A stretch of DNA of 61,269 bases. Source: Candidatus Magasanikiibacteriota bacterium. GTDB taxonomy: Bacteria > Patescibacteriota > Patescibacteriia > Magasanikbacterales > UBA922. The notes beneath the pieces were generated by a model. It was not told where the DNA came from. It worked only from the letters and a program-made list of their open reading frames with translations, and searched no databases. The translations under genes and the position numbers were made by a program. The stretch spans positions 1 through 61,269 of the forward strand of contig JBPOJQ010000004.1 of NCBI GenBank assembly GCA_052033375.1, in the 5' to 3' direction. Numbering within the stretch: position 1 is the stretch's first letter; every line of letters starts with the position of its first letter. Below are positions 59,416 to 61,269 of the stretch, one piece after another.

Positions 59416-61182
59416 TTATTTTTTTTCAATTGAAATCTGTATTCCAAGCTCTTTTAGCTGAATATCTTCAACTTCAGAAGGACTTCCAACCATTGGTTCT
59501 TCGGCTTTTTGATTCTTTGGGAATGGAACTACTGCCCTAATATTATCTTCGCCACGAAGAAGCATAACGAGGCGCTCGATTCCTGGTGCAAATCCACAGT
59601 GAGGAGGGGCACCGAAACTAAAGGCCTTGATCATATGTCCAAATTTCTTATCTACCACCTCTGGTCCATAGCCAGCAATTTCGAATGCTTTGTACATAAT
59701 TGCAGCATCCTTATTTCTCACTGCGCCGCTTGAAAGCTCGAGTCCATTTGCAATAATATCGTATTGAAATGCTTTGATCGTAAGTGGATCTTGATTCAGC
59801 AACGCATCCATTCCACCTTGTGGCATAGAAAATGGATTATGCGCAAAATCAATTTTTTTCTGATCCTCATTCCATTCGTAAAATGGAAAATCTACCACCC
59901 ATGCCCATGCAATTTCCTGTGGATCAGCAAGCTTGAGTTTCTTGCCCGCAAGATCTCTGACTGCGCCGAGCGCTTTACATGATACTTCCCACGCATCAGC
60001 CACAAAGAAAAGAATACTACCTGCCTCTATTTTTTGAGTTTGTACTAATTCTTGTAATTGAACTTCCGTAAAAAATTTAGCAATACCTCCATCGAATTTC
60101 ACTCCATCATATTTCATCCACGCAAGACCTTTGGCATGTGAACGCTTTGCTACATCAGCATACTCGTTATCAATTTCAGCGCGAGTAAATTCGGCTCCAC
60201 CTGGAATCGACAGTAATCGCACATGCTGAGCTTTCGTAAATACTTCAAAAGAACTCGCATGCGCCCAATCAGTCACCTCTACTATTTTCAACTCATACCG
60301 CAAGTCAGGGCGATCACTGCCGTACGTCTCCATCACTTCTCGAAATGGAATTCTGGGGAACGGTTTTGATTTTACCTTTTTTCCCGCAACTTTTTCTGTA
60401 AGTTCAATAAATAACGGTTCCATGAGGGTAAAAAATTCATCCTGGGTCATGAAACTAGTTTCGCAGTCAAGCTGATAAAATTCTCCAGGTGATCGATCGG
60501 CACGAGGATCTTCATCGCGCATACAGGGAGCTACCTGATAGTAGCGATCAAACCCTGCTACCATCAGCAGTTGTTTGTATTGCTGTGGAGCCTGTGGTAG
60601 CGCATAGAATTTCCCCTTGTGCAAACGTGAAGGGACGAGAAAATCACGAGCACCTTCAGGTGAACTCACAGTCAAAATCGGAGTCGCAATGTCCACGAAA
60701 TTTCGTGACTCCATAAAATTTCTGATATGCCCAATCATACGCGCGCGAAACAATATATTTTCTTTCAACCGTTCGCGACGTAGCTCGAGAAAACGATATT
60801 TGAGACGAAGCTCTTCGTCTTCTTCGCCTTTTCCTGAATCAAAAATTTCAAATGGTAGAGTTTCTGCCTCACTGAGGATTTTAATCTCACTTACTACAAG
60901 TTCGATCTCTCCTGTTCCAATTTCTGTATTAATATTCTTTTCATCTCGAGCAACAATAGTACCAGTGACTGAAATCACATATTCATACTTCAATTTTTCA
61001 GCTAATTCAAATTCTTTTGTTTTTTCAGGGCTAAAAACTACTTGTGTAATACCATATCGATCACGCAAGTCCACAAATACCAAATTCCCAAATTTTCGAC
61101 GTTTATTGACCCATCCAGCCAAGGTGACAGATGCCCCTACTGACCCCTTTGTTAACTCCCCACATGTATGCGTTCGGTACAT
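59416..61182 (-). CDS. aspS: Aspartate--tRNA ligase
   Basis: MYRTHTCGEL, YALPQAPQQYKQLLM, CMRDEDPRADR, GAPPHCGFAPGIERL; ARDEKNIN resembles the discriminating E. coli-type loop. Confidence 0.97.
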   Translation of the reverse strand: MYRTHTCGELTKGSVGASVTLAGWVNKRRKFGNLVFVDLRDRYGITQVVFSPEKTKEFELAEKLKYEYVISVTGTIVARDEKNINTEIGTGEIELVVSEIKILSEAETLPFEIFDSGKGEEDEELRLKYRFLELRRERLKENILFRARMIGHIRNFMESRNFVDIATPILTVSSPEGARDFLVPSRLHKGKFYALPQAPQQYKQLLMVAGFDRYYQVAPCMRDEDPRADRSPGEFYQLDCETSFMTQDEFFTLMEPLFIELTEKVAGKKVKSKPFPRIPFREVMETYGSDRPDLRYELKIVEVTDWAHASSFEVFTKAQHVRLLSIPGGAEFTRAEIDNEYADVAKRSHAKGLAWMKYDGVKFDGGIAKFFTEVQLQELVQTQKIEAGSILFFVADAWEVSCKALGAVRDLAGKKLKLADPQEIAWAWVVDFPFYEWNEDQKKIDFAHNPFSMPQGGMDALLNQDPLTIKAFQYDIIANGLELSSGAVRNKDAAIMYKAFEIAGYGPEVVDKKFGHMIKAFSFGAPPHCGFAPGIERLVMLLRGEDNIRAVVPFPKNQKAEEPMVGSPSEVEDIQLKELGIQISIEKK

Positions 61183-61269
61183 ATTTTATGTAATTTAACT
61201 ATAGAAACAGTACTCTGAGTGTACCAGCTCCCACAGGCTTTTTCAAGCCCTACTAAGCCAAAAAATCAA

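Noticed and set aside
4811-61198. Numerous 60-190-aa ORFs overlapping housekeeping genes (e.g. 4974-5411, 12173-12619, 15831-16337, 60617-61198)
   Set aside because: They are fully nested antisense or out-of-frame ORFs with no motifs or independent expression signals.
1-61269. Prophage, IS transposase, DGR/retron or UGA-recoding (code 25)
   Set aside because: No phage structural, integrase, transposase or reverse transcriptase motifs were seen. TGA serves as the stop in radA, dsbA, pth and parA, and conserved genes are unbroken.

Overview
This is an AT-rich bacterial chromosomal segment in standard code 11 (TAA, TAG and TGA all end genes). Gene content points to Patescibacteria/CPR, probably Parcubacteria-like (inference). 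The evidence is a PF18895-type pilin, lemA-htpX, a short Rel, and housekeeping genes without Shine-Dalgarno (SD) sites. The backbone is housekeeping: pyk, a P-type ATPase, pheT/pheS, rseP, lemA, htpX, pgm, clpC, radA, recG, an LCP protein, der, pth, dprA, folC, topA, rel, parAB, scpAB and aspS. There are four tRNAs: Lys-UUU, Arg-CCG, Arg-GCG and Leu-CAA. Envelope genes include a >1350-aa Gly-rich/LVIVD/FN3 surface protein missed by the ORF track, an M23 multidomain protein, DsbA next to a Cys-rich pilin-M15 peptidase fusion, and a GT2/GT-C pair. I found no integrase, transposase, reverse transcriptase or CRISPR array. The most interesting layer is a set of miniature selfish-looking elements between and inside backbone genes. 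(1) An intact DUF559 nuclease gene is bracketed by two inverted REP-like hairpins with a compensatory base pair. (2) A decayed GxxExxY nuclease gene between 30-bp inverted repeats splits lemA-htpX. (3) A 206-bp highly structured insert duplicates the 3' end of tRNA-Arg(GCG). (4) One heptamer repeat family occurs both as an intergenic inverted array and as in-frame peptide insertions in PheT and RecG. (5) Seven ORFan cassettes, several clearly GC-rich, typically carry their own promoter, a G-rich SD and a long 3' hairpin; two of them share a 5' leader motif. All family calls come from motif recognition by eye; no database searches were run.
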